A stretch of DNA of 64,000 nucleotides, taken from the NCBI GenBank assembly GCA_010909165.1, contig MU008174.1, positions 1,161,972-1,225,971 of the forward strand. The letters are read 5' to 3'. Origin of the DNA: Anthoceros angustus. Taxonomy: Eukaryota > Plantae > Anthocerotophyta. Every line of letters starts with the position of its first letter. The stretch's first letter is position 1. The notes beneath the pieces were generated by a model. That model did no database searches. It was not told the DNA's origin and worked only from the letters and a program-made list of their open reading frames with translations. Positions 63,233 to 64,000 of the stretch are shown in pieces. The translations under genes and the position numbers were made by a program.

Positions 63233-63660
63233 TCACTGCATAGGAAGAGTTTTGGCCTCTTTGTGCTTCAAATGTTTGGAGAAACACGAGAACATTTGGT
63301 CCACCTGGTCATGTGTGTGACCGACAAGAAGAAACCCCACCTTCACTTTCTCAAAAGTCCCCATCTCCACGAGCATATTCAGATAAGCAAACAGTAGTTG
63401 ATTCTTGTTCTCCCGGCATGTATTGTCCAGTTGCAAATGTAGAATCTTGGGAAGTAAGCTAGCTTACGTATGTATCACATCTTGAATAATGCATATGGTT
63501 AAATTAACATCGTTCCGCAAATTTGCGTGAGTGCGAGCCTTCACGTGAGCGTGTGATTGTGAATCATACACCCCACCACATGGACGGTATGCGCAGTCGT
63601 AGCAGATGTGTTCGTCCACATTAATGACGGCACAGCAAGAAGCCGTCCATTTTGACGTTC
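63233..63660 (-). pseudogene. DDE transposase-like fragment (Sola-type / DUF7869-like motif family)
   Basis: HVVGCMIH...NDVNLTICIIQDV...LPKILHLQLDNTCRENKNQLLFAYL...FEKVKVGFLLVGHTHDQVDQMFS. One in-frame stop. Superfamily assignment is from recalled motifs only. Confidence 0.65.
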
Positions 63661-63792
63661 GCGCGTAGAGGTCGGAGATCCAGCCTCGCCGCGACTCTCA
63701 TTACCGAAGCTCTTCCGTAATGGGCACTTCGAGCGCCTGGCATCGTCATGCCTACGTCCAGGCCGCATTGAATATCTACGTCAATACTATTT

Positions 63793-63826
63793 TTCGATTA
63801 TCGGAATTTGTTTCTGTTGAACGGAA
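63793..63826. promoter_or_regulatory. Two imperfect palindromes resembling IclR-family operators
   Basis: TTCGATTATCGGAA (63793-63806) and TTTCTGTTGAACGGAA (63811-63826), upstream of a Shine-Dalgarno-led ORF. Confidence 0.35.
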
Positions 63827-63892
63827 TTGCCCTTGCTGGTACAGCCAGTGACGATTGAAGAAAACGGCGCGAGCATTCAGGAGATTTCGGAA

Positions 63893-64000
63893 ATGACCCA
63901 CGACCTAGACCAAATCGCAAGGTGCTGCACGCCGCTTAGGTTAAACGGCAAGGAGGGTGACAAGATCCTGGTGATTACCGACACCAAGATGGATCCGATC
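63893..64000 (+). CDS. Bacterial-type ORF start, possibly M29 aminopeptidase / NicX-like (partial, runs off the window)
   Basis: AGGAG at 63879-63883, 9 nt spacer, ATG, then 36 open codons MTHDLDQIARCCTPLRLNGKEGDKILVITDTKMDPI. Confidence 0.45.
   Translation, partial: MTHDLDQIARCCTPLRLNGKEGDKILVITDTKMDPI

Overview
This is eukaryotic (plant) nuclear DNA from an indel-rich, apparently unpolished long-read assembly. Most genes are broken by 1-2 bp indels and many 0.2-1.7 kb blocks are locally duplicated. The only host genes I recognise are a head-to-tail, minus-strand tandem array of intronless germin-like (cupin) genes in three paralogue types (A, B, C). There are six near-complete copies in two copies of an ~8.9 kb A-B-C block (13229-22075 and 32176-41017), plus an older type-A copy split by a Copia insertion and a type-B signal-peptide remnant. 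The rest is transposons: a CACTA transposase at the left edge, a full-length Ty1/Copia (4306-10833), a 5'-truncated LINE with a (GTT)7 tail, a second CACTA remnant, a second Copia RT fragment, a full-length Athila-like Ty3/Gypsy (41018-61383, TSD CCCTT) and a Sola-like DDE transposase fragment. The last ~340 bp look bacterial. The three most interesting observations: (1) every germin copy has Ile in place of the third Mn-binding His; (2) the Gypsy LTRs are ~4.4 kb and appear to carry a protein-coding ORF; (3) the right edge switches to bacterial-type sequence. No rRNA, tRNA or CRISPR array was found. The organism cannot be fixed from sequence alone; a non-seed land plant is my guess.
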